Source: an uncultured bacterium
GTDB lineage: Bacteria > JAUVQV01 > DATDCY01
Direction of reading: 5' to 3'
DNA length: 64,000 nt
NCBI GenBank assembly: GCA_964513745.1
Contig: CAZEOK010000002.1
Location: 7,858 to 71,857 of the forward strand
The position numbers and the translations under genes were made by a program. The notes beneath the pieces are model-generated. The model worked only from the letters and a program-made list of their open reading frames with translations. It was not told where the DNA came from and searched no databases. Shown in pieces: positions 18,901 to 26,506 of the stretch. The first letter of the stretch is position 1. Every line of letters starts with the position of its first letter.

Positions 18901-19287
18901 CCAGTAGATGTCGGTGCCGTCCTCGAAGATCACGTAGATGTAGGAAAAACCGAAGTCCGAGAGCCCGCGCACCGCCTTGACTTTCGGGGCGCCGAGCAGC
19001 GTCGAGACGATCGGGTAGGTCACCTGGTCCTCGATGATGTCGGGGGAGCGGTCCCACCTGGAGTAAATGATGACCTGGGTGTCGGAGAGGTCGGGAAGAG
19101 CGTCGAGGCGGATCGTCTTGAGCAGGGTGATTGCGAACGCGACCAGTACTAGGGTCAGGATGATGACGAGCCAGCGGTTCTCGGCGGAGAAGACGATGAT
19201 GCGCGGGATGACTCCCTTGCGAACAGAGGCTGTCGCTTGGGGATCTGGGGACGCGGGACAACCCCCGTCAACGCGTGAGGAGGTCAC
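15949..19287 (-). CDS. cusA: heavy-metal efflux RND transporter, CusA/CzcA family
   Basis: About 1100 aa, 12-TM RND architecture. The segment FSAENRWLVIILTLVL aligns with the CusA N-terminus. Motifs LLFMPTT, PFSMMETT and RIDMLTTG resemble the CusA Met-triad segments. GTG start overlaps the cusB stop (GTGA). Confidence 0.92.
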   Translation of the reverse strand: MTSSRVDGGCPASPDPQATASVRKGVIPRIIVFSAENRWLVIILTLVLVAFAITLLKTIRLDALPDLSDTQVIIYSRWDRSPDIIEDQVTYPIVSTLLGAPKVKAVRGLSDFGFSYIYVIFEDGTDIYWARSRVLEYLSKIQPRLPEGVRTELGPDATGVGWVFQYALVDRSGTHGLDALRSLQDWTLRYAVQAVPGVAEVASIGGFVRQYQVTVDPNRLAAYNIPLETVVAAVRDSNNEVGGRLLDFAGAEYMVRGRGYSRSVEDFGSVVVKATAAGVPVLLRDVARVEIGPELRRGVSDLDGTGDTVGGIVVMRHGENALNVIRRVKTRLEELEPSLPPGVEIVTTYDRSDLITRAIETLKHELTIEMIIVSLVILVFLWHIPSAVVPIVTIPVSVLLAFIPMFYFGVTVNIMSLAGIAISIGVLVDGAIVEVENAYNKLYHWQTEGRKGDFHAVRLAALTEVGPSVFFSLLVIAVAFLPVFALVDQEGRLFKPLAYSKNLAMGIAAVLAVTIDPALRMLFARMDPFTFKPRWLAWVATRALVGTYYSEERHPISRAIHRVYEPACRFVLRRPWAVILVSVALVAVSVPVYFKLGREFMPPLREGSLLFMPTTLPGLAVSEAQRILETQDRILKTIPEIERVFGKAGRADTSTDPAPFSMMETTVILKPESQWRSKERWYSSWAPEWFKGFLRSAWPDHLSYEELLAEIDEKLEIPGVTSRGAITMPIKARIDMLTTGIRSPVGVKIFGADLKEIERIGTGIEQALRGVQGTSSVFAERAAGGFFLDFEPRRDQLARHGLTIAQVQMAITTAIGGENVTTVIAGRERYPVNVRYPRELREDVGRLRRVLVATGGGAQIPLGQLADIRMVQGPAMLRDENGFLSGYVYVYLSGRDIGSYVDEAKAKVLAQVPLPPGYVLQWSGQYENMIRVRERMKLIIPVTLVLIFILLFLNTRSAFKTMLVMMAVPFSAIGAIWLFWLLDYNVSIAAWVGMIALLGLDAETGVFMLLFLDLSWEQARTAGRLRTVADLDEAIIHGAVKRARPKMMTVAAAFMGLLPIMWSTSAGSDVMKRIAAPMIGGLTTSFLLELLVYPAIYKVWKRRETLTGSTSR

Positions 19288-20666
19288 GGGCTTCCCGACG
19301 GCGCTGCCAAGGCCTGCTCGACCAGGGCGCGCAGGCGCGACTCGGAATCAAGCAGGAAATTCGCGCGCACCACCACCGCCTCGCCGGTCCGCACTCCGGA
19401 TACCACCTCGGCCCGGCCATCCCCGCGCACGCCGAGCCTCACGAGGCGCGGCTCGAAGCGCCCCTGCCCGACGCTGACGAAGACCACCTGCCGGGTACCC
19501 GAGTCGATGACCGCGCTGTCGGGAATCGACACCCCCTCACCCGCCTCGATGGCGAATGTCACGTCGCCGAACATGCCGGGCTTGAGAACCAGGCCGGGGT
19601 TCGGGAACTCGAGGCGAACCTTGATCGTCCTGGTCTCGGGGTCCATGACCGGCAGGACGTAGGTGACTTTCCCCGCGAGTTTCAGATCGGGGTCGTAGGG
19701 CAGTGTCATGGTCGTCTCCTGCCCGACGCGGGCGGCGCGCGCCTCGAACTCGTAGAGGTCGGCTTCGACCCAGACGCGGTCCAGGTCGGTGATCGTGTAG
19801 AGCTCCATGCCGGGTTCAACCTGCTGGCCCTCGACGATCCCCTTGCTCGTCACAAAGCCGCTCGCGGGTGCCGTGAGCGTGACCGTGCGCCGCGGTTTGC
19901 CGTCGCGCTCTATCGCGTCGATCACCGCTTCAGGGACATCGAAGAGCGCCAGCCGGCGGCGCGCGGCGTCGACGATCCCGAGCGCGTCCTCGCGCGTGGC
20001 CCGCTCGCCCGCCTCGGCTATCCGCGAGGCGCTGCGGATGGCGCCGAGGAGTTCCTCCTGCGTGGCGAGGATTTCGGGCGCGTACAGGTCGAGCAGCGGG
20101 CTCCCCTTGCGGACGTGTTGGCCCGAGAAGTTCACGTGGAGCTTCTCGACATAGCCGCCGACCTTTGTGTGCGCATGGCGCACGCCGGTCTCGTCGGGGA
20201 CGACGCGCCCGACAGTCCTCACGGTGCGATGCACGCGTTCGCTGGTCGCAACGGCAGTCTGGACCCCCGCGAGTGCGATCCCGCGACCCGCGAGGGTGAC
20301 ACCCGCGAGACCTTCGACCTGCGGGGGGGCGGAATCGTCGGCGAAGAAGCCTTCGGTCTCCTCGACGATGCTTTTTGGTTTCTCCGGCGCACCCCCGGCG
20401 TCCGCATAGACCGGGAGGTAGTCCATCCCCATCTCGTCCTTTGCCGGGATCGGCGACGTGATCGCAGGGTTCATCGGATTGCGGTAGAAGAGAAGCTTGC
20501 GGCCTCCCCCGGCCGTGCCACCGGCAGCTGGCCCTCCGTCCCCCGGGTGAGTGAGCCAGCCGAGCTTCCATGCAACTCCGCTGGCGAGCGCGAGCGTCAG
20601 CAGGGCGGTCGTCGCGATCGTCGCCAGGCGGGTCGCCCCGCATTGCGCAACCTGTAGCTCTGTCAT
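19284..20666 (-). CDS. cusB: efflux RND periplasmic adaptor, CusB-like
   Basis: LFYRNPMNPAITSPIPAKDEMGMDYLPVY is the heavy-metal MFP N-terminal motif. The preferred start is the ATG at 20666 (MTELQ..., membrane anchor, GGAGAGAGGG just upstream) rather than the ORF-track start at 20819. Confidence 0.85.
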   Translation of the reverse strand: MTELQVAQCGATRLATIATTALLTLALASGVAWKLGWLTHPGDGGPAAGGTAGGGRKLLFYRNPMNPAITSPIPAKDEMGMDYLPVYADAGGAPEKPKSIVEETEGFFADDSAPPQVEGLAGVTLAGRGIALAGVQTAVATSERVHRTVRTVGRVVPDETGVRHAHTKVGGYVEKLHVNFSGQHVRKGSPLLDLYAPEILATQEELLGAIRSASRIAEAGERATREDALGIVDAARRRLALFDVPEAVIDAIERDGKPRRTVTLTAPASGFVTSKGIVEGQQVEPGMELYTITDLDRVWVEADLYEFEARAARVGQETTMTLPYDPDLKLAGKVTYVLPVMDPETRTIKVRLEFPNPGLVLKPGMFGDVTFAIEAGEGVSIPDSAVIDSGTRQVVFVSVGQGRFEPRLVRLGVRGDGRAEVVSGVRTGEAVVVRANFLLDSESRLRALVEQALAAPSGSP

Positions 20667-20685
20667 CCCTCTCTCCTTGAGCCTC

Positions 20686-20753
20686 GCGTCTGCGTGCGGG
20701 CTATGGGGTCCTGACGCTGCGGACCTCCCCGCCGCGCCATCCCTCCGCCCAGC
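20686..20753 (-). repeat. right copy of the inverted repeat pair, in the OMF-cusB spacer
   Basis: The reverse complement aligns to 14238-14269 plus 14305-14340 (56/68). The exact 24-mer core is at 20705-20728. Contains a GGTCC-N9-GGACC hairpin. Confidence 0.8.
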
Positions 20754-20815
20754 GGCTGCTCCATGGCTGCGCGCTCCCGTCTCGGGTGCTGTTCGAATCA
20801 ACCCAGATCTCTGGC

Positions 20816-23563
20816 TCACTTGATGACCTGTGCAGCCGTCAGTGGTGCGCCGATCGTCATCTCCAGCGCTGCCAGGGCCTGCCCGGCGTCAGCGTGCCGG
20901 CGTGCCGCGGCGAGCTCGCTCTCGCGCGCGACACGGGCGGACTCGAGTGCCTCCGCCAGGGTCGCCCTGCCGGCGCGATAGGAACGCTCCATCGTCTCGC
21001 CGGCAAGACGGGTCAATTCGACGACTCGCTCCGACCAGAGCCGCTCCTCGCGCCGGGCGCGGTCGCTGGCGAACCAGGCCTCGCGCACCCGGGTGACGGT
21101 CGACTCCTCCTCGGCCCTGATCTCCTCGCGAAGCGCCGCGAGTCGCTGCCGCGTCTCGCGGACGTACCCGGCGTTCCTGCCCGAGAACGCGCGCACCGGT
21201 GTCCCCTCCCCTGCTGCCGCGGGCACCGCGACGGGAAACGGCTCGGACATCGCCATCGTCCCGTCCTTGAGCAGTGGCTGATTCTCGAAGAGCGAAAGAT
21301 CGAGCGCGAACCCGGGGACCACCTCGCGCTCCGCCATCTGGAGCATGCGCTCCATCCGCTCCGCCATGGCGCGCATCCTGCGCAGCTCCTGACGTCTCTC
21401 GAGCGCCAGGACGACGAGCGCCGCGGGGTCGCCGGCCGCGGCGATCGGCTCCGCACCGCGGGGACGCCCGATCACGGCAGCGCGCGGCAGGGCGAGCAGC
21501 GAGCGCAGCCCGGTCTCGATGACGATGCGCTCTTCGGCGGCCGTCGCCAGCTCGGTCAGGTTCTTCTCCTGCTCGACCTGCACCAGCGCGACATCCGCGA
21601 GAAATCCCTTCCCTGACTCGTATCCGGCGCGCACCGCCTGCACGGACTCTTTCAGGAGCCCCCGGATCTCCCCGAGCAGCCCCACCGCACGGTGCGCATA
21701 ATCGAGACCCCAGTAGAGGCGCCTCGCTTCTCCCAGGGCGTCGCGTCTCGCGCGCTCCAAGTCCTCGCGCGCGGCCTTCACCTCCTGCGTGACGATCTCT
21801 CCCTTGAGCGCGAGCATCCCCGGGAAGGGGAAGCGGGCGCCGGTGCCCTCGGGCATGCCGCCGACGGGCGTCATCAGCGACCCGGTCGCCGAAGCGAACT
21901 GGCGGAGGACGTCGTCGAGCGCCGCGACCTGCCCGTACTGCTCGAGCGTGGCGCGCAGGGTACGCTCCGCGGCGAGCACCATCGGGCTGCGGGTGACCGC
22001 GAGGAGCTCCACGTCGGCGAGAGAAACTTCAGGGAAAAGTGCCTCGGACGCGACGGCACCGTCGTCCGTGGGCACGCCGAAGGCTGCCAGCCGGACGGCG
22101 TCGGGCACGAAAACGCGCGCGGCGCCGGGCGCATCACCCGAGAGCGAGGCCTGTGCGGCTTCGATGCGCTCGAGTGCGGCGCTCCAGTCCGCCTCGGCGG
22201 CACGCACCGCCCTCGCGGATTCCCCCGCGGCGGGCGCTGCCGTCAGCGGCCGCTCCGCCAGGGCCTCGAGTCGTGCAAGGTACTTCTCGCGGTCGGCGCC
22301 GGCCCGGGCAAGCGCAAGCTGGAACGTGTACCAGAGCGTGCCGGCTTCGACGAAATCAGCGAAACTCCCCTGCCCGGCGCGATACCAGGTCTCGGCGAGC
22401 TCGAGAGAAGCGACTGCCTGGGGAAGTAACATGTCGCGGTAAAGACCGATGAGACGCTCGGCGTTGCGCAGCCGGAAGCAGGCTTCGCGAACCTCGGCCC
22501 GCGCCTCGAGAGCCGCCTCCTGCTCCATGGCTGCGGCGCGGGCTTCCCCGGCACCGGCTTCGGCGCGACGCGCGGCATTCTTGCCGAAGAATACCGGCAG
22601 GCTCAGCCCGAGCTGGAATTGCCAGCGGCTGGTCGCCTCCATCTCCTCGAGCGAGTTCTCCTGCATGTACCCGGCGCCGAGCATGATCTCGGGAAGGGCC
22701 TCGAAGCCTGCGACGCGCCGCTCGGCCCGCGCCTTCTCCACCTCCTGCCGCGCCATCCGAACCTCCTGCCGGCCGGATGCCGCGGCCTCCTCGATCTCCG
22801 CAAGACCCGCCACCAGAAGCCTCCCGGAACCAAGGTCGATCGGCCCGACGATGGCTCCGGTCGGGCGTCCGAGAAGGCTGTTGAGCCGGGCCACCTCGGT
22901 CATCTCGAGCTCGGCGAGCAGCTGCTCGTCGAAGACGGCCTGCGACTGCTGCGCCTGGGCCCGCAGGGAGTCGAAGAGGCCCGTTCGGTCTCTGGCGTAC
23001 CCCGCCTCACCCGCGGCGCGCAGACGGCCGAGGAGCTCACGGTTTCCGGCCGCTACCGCACGCGCCCTGCGGAGATAGTCGATCTCGACAGCCGATTCGC
23101 GCACCCTGAGCGTCACGTCCCGCCTGGCGCGTTCCAGCCCGATGCGCGTTATCGTCTCTTCGGCATCAAGCGCCAGTGCGGCGGCGCTGAGCTTCCCCGG
23201 GAAAGGGATTCCCTGCTCGAGCATCAGTTCCCACGTCTCCTGCTTGCGCTCGGATGCTTTCCGGGGCCACCAGGTCGCGGTAAGCGCGGGATCAGGGTAT
23301 GAGCGGGCTATCCCGGATCGGGCCTTCGCCGCGTCAACAGCGGCTCGGGCCGCGCGGATGCCGGGGTTGGAATCCAGTGCGAACTGGACTATTTCGGCAA
23401 TGCTGGCCCCGCCCGCTGCAACGGCGGCGGCCGCATCGGGTGGAGGGACGCCCTCACCGCGCGCTGCCGGGCACGCGAGGAACAACTCCATCAAAGCAGT
23501 GCACACAACGATCCGGGCACGCAGCAATGTGAAAATACCCGCCATTCCATAATCATATAGCAT
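20816..23563 (-). CDS. outer membrane efflux protein, TolC/CusC family, double length (two tandem OMF units)
   Basis: 915 aa. Residues about 45-460 and about 490-915 each read as a full OMF unit (for example IVQFALDSNPGIRAARAAVDAAKA... and LLAVTRSPMVLAAERTLRATLEQ...). First gene of the cus-type operon. The start may be the second Met (23545). Confidence 0.8.
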   Translation of the reverse strand: MLYDYGMAGIFTLLRARIVVCTALMELFLACPAARGEGVPPPDAAAAVAAGGASIAEIVQFALDSNPGIRAARAAVDAAKARSGIARSYPDPALTATWWPRKASERKQETWELMLEQGIPFPGKLSAAALALDAEETITRIGLERARRDVTLRVRESAVEIDYLRRARAVAAGNRELLGRLRAAGEAGYARDRTGLFDSLRAQAQQSQAVFDEQLLAELEMTEVARLNSLLGRPTGAIVGPIDLGSGRLLVAGLAEIEEAAASGRQEVRMARQEVEKARAERRVAGFEALPEIMLGAGYMQENSLEEMEATSRWQFQLGLSLPVFFGKNAARRAEAGAGEARAAAMEQEAALEARAEVREACFRLRNAERLIGLYRDMLLPQAVASLELAETWYRAGQGSFADFVEAGTLWYTFQLALARAGADREKYLARLEALAERPLTAAPAAGESARAVRAAEADWSAALERIEAAQASLSGDAPGAARVFVPDAVRLAAFGVPTDDGAVASEALFPEVSLADVELLAVTRSPMVLAAERTLRATLEQYGQVAALDDVLRQFASATGSLMTPVGGMPEGTGARFPFPGMLALKGEIVTQEVKAAREDLERARRDALGEARRLYWGLDYAHRAVGLLGEIRGLLKESVQAVRAGYESGKGFLADVALVQVEQEKNLTELATAAEERIVIETGLRSLLALPRAAVIGRPRGAEPIAAAGDPAALVVLALERRQELRRMRAMAERMERMLQMAEREVVPGFALDLSLFENQPLLKDGTMAMSEPFPVAVPAAAGEGTPVRAFSGRNAGYVRETRQRLAALREEIRAEEESTVTRVREAWFASDRARREERLWSERVVELTRLAGETMERSYRAGRATLAEALESARVARESELAAARRHADAGQALAALEMTIGAPLTAAQVIK

Positions 23564-23644
23564 TGATGGGAAAATTGTGAATTGGTTCCTTGTCGGTGAG
23601 GAAACGCGCCGGCGGTCGCTTCTGTGCCTCCAGGATGATCGAGG

Positions 23645-24241
23645 CTAGTTAGTTTTTCGCATCCGGGACTCCTTCCCCTCGAGCAGGCGGCGTACATTGC
23701 CCCGGTGCTTGTAGAGCACGAAAAGCGCCGCCATCCAGAAAAACACGGTTATCGACCCATCGGCACGCGCCAGCGCCGAACCCAGCGGTAGTGCGAAAGA
23801 TGCGACTATCGAGGCCAGGGACACAAAACCGCTGCCGAGGAAAACGCCGATCCAGACGACACCAAAGGTCACCGCCGCCGGCCAGCAGAGCACCAGCGCC
23901 ACGGTGATGGTCGAGGCGACGCCTTTGCCGCCGCGGAACTTCAAAAAGGGGGAATAGCAGTGGCCGACGATCACCGCCGCTGCGGTCGCGACCTGCCACA
24001 GCGCTGGTGCTCCGTCAATCCTCGCCGCCAGAACCGGCAACAGACTTTTGAGGACGTCACCCACGGCAGCCAAGATGCCAGCGGTGCGACCGGCGACGCG
24101 GAAGACGTTGGTGGCGCCAACGTTCCCGCTCCCCTCCTCGCGGACATCCTTGCCGGCGATGAGTCGGGCGGCAAGATAGCTGCACGGAATTGACCCGGAT
24201 AAAAAGCCGAGACCGGCAAAATAACCGCCAGGAAGCATCAT
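23645..24241 (-). CDS. plsY: glycerol-3-phosphate acyltransferase PlsY
   Basis: GSIPCSYLAARL...GSGNVGATNVFRVAG signature. About 198 aa membrane protein. Confidence 0.92.
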   Translation of the reverse strand: MMLPGGYFAGLGFLSGSIPCSYLAARLIAGKDVREEGSGNVGATNVFRVAGRTAGILAAVGDVLKSLLPVLAARIDGAPALWQVATAAAVIVGHCYSPFLKFRGGKGVASTITVALVLCWPAAVTFGVVWIGVFLGSGFVSLASIVASFALPLGSALARADGSITVFFWMAALFVLYKHRGNVRRLLEGKESRMRKTN

Positions 24242-24244
24242 GTT

Positions 24245-24979
24245 CTAGAGTCCCGCCAACTCCACGTCGCCCCAGGCCCCGACCTGCCCGTCGCGGATCA
24301 CCACGACGCCGAGCACCCCGGGAATTTCCCGGGCAGCCGACAGCCCGCGCTGAACACCCATCCTCCCGCGGACCCGGTTTCCAACGGCCGTCGCCGCTGC
24401 ATCGGCGAGCGCCGAGGAACGGGCGATCACGGTTGTCGCAGCCGAGTCCCCCAGGCTCAGAGAGTGACCGATGCGCCCGGATGAGGTGCAGATGCCGATG
24501 GGAGTGCTTTCAGGCCTGATTCGCAGGCCGAGGGATCGGTGGGGTGACTTCTCCCCTGAGAAAATCCCGACGATGCGCTCCCGGGTGGTTGCGACATAGA
24601 GGTCCCCGCCATTCTCCAGAATGAGCTCCCGCACCGCAACGTCGATCCCGGCGGCAACCGCGTCGCACATTGCGCCCGCGACCGCGGCCATCGGCCCCAC
24701 GCCAGCTGCCGCGCCTGCCGCTGCCATGGATTTGACGATACCCGGTGCTGCTTCGGAAACCTCAACCGGCAGCAGGGAACCTTTGAAATGCGGATCGGCC
24801 AGCAGGTATCGCTCCAGACGGTCCCTCTGCGTAAGGACGATGTCACGAACCAAATCGCCGATTTCGCGTTCGGAAAGCACCAGCATGTCGGTTTCCTTAA
24901 TAGAGATCTGACTATGGATCAAATCGGTTGCCGCAATCCTGCTTCTGTACAGATTCCGGTCCCGCGGATCGATCTTCAT
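24245..24979 (-). CDS. UPF0280-family (ApbE-like fold) protein
   Basis: 244 aa with GPMAAVAGAMCDAVA and ENGGDLY motifs recalled from UPF0280 proteins. Sits immediately upstream of plsY. The family call is from memory. Confidence 0.6.
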   Translation of the reverse strand: MKIDPRDRNLYRSRIAATDLIHSQISIKETDMLVLSEREIGDLVRDIVLTQRDRLERYLLADPHFKGSLLPVEVSEAAPGIVKSMAAAGAAAGVGPMAAVAGAMCDAVAAGIDVAVRELILENGGDLYVATTRERIVGIFSGEKSPHRSLGLRIRPESTPIGICTSSGRIGHSLSLGDSAATTVIARSSALADAAATAVGNRVRGRMGVQRGLSAAREIPGVLGVVVIRDGQVGAWGDVELAGL

Positions 24980-25139
24980 GGAAAACTCACGTTAATTGAG
25001 TGGTTATGAAACGTTTTCACAGCGACTGTTGATAAGGTGTTGGCAAATATGTGTATTTCTTGGGGCACGATGCGAAATAAAAGCGCCGAAACCGCAATGC
25101 TCATATTTTGTGCATATTATTGTATTATATATCAACATG

Positions 25140-26504
25140 TTACAGGATCAGCTGATCAATGGCCTCTGCGAGGGTCGCAACCCCTCTTAGGCTTATTTCC
25201 CGTTCCATTCCGGCGACTCTGGAAAGATTTGCTTTGGGCAGAAGGCAGCAGCGAAAGCCCATTTTTGCAGCCTCTTTTATGCGAACCTCGGGATTGGATA
25301 CACCGCGGACCTCGCCGGTCAACCCGACCTCGCCGAAGACAACCGTTCCCGGATCAACGATGGCGCTGCAAAAACTCGACCGCACCGCGAGTGCGATTGC
25401 CAGATCGGTCGCCGGTTCGACCACGCGGATTCCTCCGGCGAGGTTGAGATAGACGTCCTGATCCGCAAGCATGAGTCCGAGCTTCTTTTCGAGGATGGCG
25501 ATCAGCATCGCCAGGCGCCCCGCGTCCGCGCCGCTGCAACCGCGCTTGGGCGCGGCGAAGGCACTCTGGGCGCACAGTGCCTGGACTTCCACCAGGAAGG
25601 GGCGCGTCCCCTCGAGCGCCGCCGTGACGACGCTGCCCGCGAGCTCCCCGCGTTCCTCGCGCAAGAAAAGCCGCGAGGGATTGGCGACTTCGCGCAGGCC
25701 GCCGTCTCCCATCTCGAACACGCCGATCTCGTTCGTGGAGCCGAAACGATTCTTCACGGCGCGCAGGATCCGAAAATCGCGGGTGTTCTCCCCTTCAAAG
25801 TACAGAACCGTGTCGACCATGTGCTCGAGGACACGCGGCCCGGCAAGAGAGCCGTCCTTGGTGACGTGCCCCACGAGGAAGACCGGGATCTCGAGGCGCT
25901 TGGCAACGGCGATGAGCTGGGCGGCGACCTCGCGCACCTGGCTGACGCTGCCCGCCGTCGACTCGAGCACAGCGGTCGTGACCGTCTGGATGGAGTCGAC
26001 CACGACCGCAAGCGGTCGCATCCGGCGGATTTCGGCGATAACCGGCTCGAGCGAGTTCTGGGCGAACACTACCAGCCGGTCCGTGGCCAGGCCGATGCGA
26101 TCGGCCCGCAACTTGATCTGTCGCGGCGACTCCTCCCCCGAACAGTAGAGGACCTGCTCCGGGCGCCCTGCTGCCAGCCTTCCGAGATATTCGAGCAGGA
26201 GCGTCGTCTTGCCGATCCCCGGGTCACCGCCGAGCAGGACAACGCTTCCGGGCACCAGACCGCCACCGAGGACCCGGTCGAGCTCGGCGCTGCCGGTGGC
26301 GATGCGCGGCGCGTCATCCGCGGCAATGCTGTCCAGTGGCAGGGGCGCCGCTAGGGGATCCCCGGCCGCCCGCGCTGAGGACGCACCGCCACGAAAGGCC
26401 TCCTCGACCAGGCTGTTCCAGGAACCGCAATCGGGGCAGCGCCCCAGCCATTTCGGCGAGACGAAGCCACAGCCCTGGCAGAGGTAGCGGCTCTTCTCGC
26501 CCAC
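25140..26504 (-). CDS. radA: DNA repair protein RadA/Sms
   Basis: Zinc finger CQGCGFVSPKWLGRCPDCGSW, Walker A GDPGIGKTT, KNRFG motif, Lon-like C-terminal domain. Confidence 0.95.
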   Translation of the reverse strand: MGEKSRYLCQGCGFVSPKWLGRCPDCGSWNSLVEEAFRGGASSARAAGDPLAAPLPLDSIAADDAPRIATGSAELDRVLGGGLVPGSVVLLGGDPGIGKTTLLLEYLGRLAAGRPEQVLYCSGEESPRQIKLRADRIGLATDRLVVFAQNSLEPVIAEIRRMRPLAVVVDSIQTVTTAVLESTAGSVSQVREVAAQLIAVAKRLEIPVFLVGHVTKDGSLAGPRVLEHMVDTVLYFEGENTRDFRILRAVKNRFGSTNEIGVFEMGDGGLREVANPSRLFLREERGELAGSVVTAALEGTRPFLVEVQALCAQSAFAAPKRGCSGADAGRLAMLIAILEKKLGLMLADQDVYLNLAGGIRVVEPATDLAIALAVRSSFCSAIVDPGTVVFGEVGLTGEVRGVSNPEVRIKEAAKMGFRCCLLPKANLSRVAGMEREISLRGVATLAEAIDQLIL

Positions 26505-26506
26505 GC

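Noticed and set aside
14225-20770. Target-site duplications flanking the inverted repeats
   Set aside because: The sequences immediately outside the aligned repeat ends (…gcaatat on the left, ggctgct… on the right) share nothing. No direct repeat was claimed, and the borders are imprecise.
24980-25190. AT-rich 160-nt gap between radA and the UPF0280 gene, with small ORFs (24996-25190, 25037-25447)
   Set aside because: The ORFs overlap radA in antisense and have odd Cys/Ile-rich composition. The region is most simply the promoter region of the UPF0280-plsY unit. I could not pick a convincing -35/-10 pair, so no feature was called.
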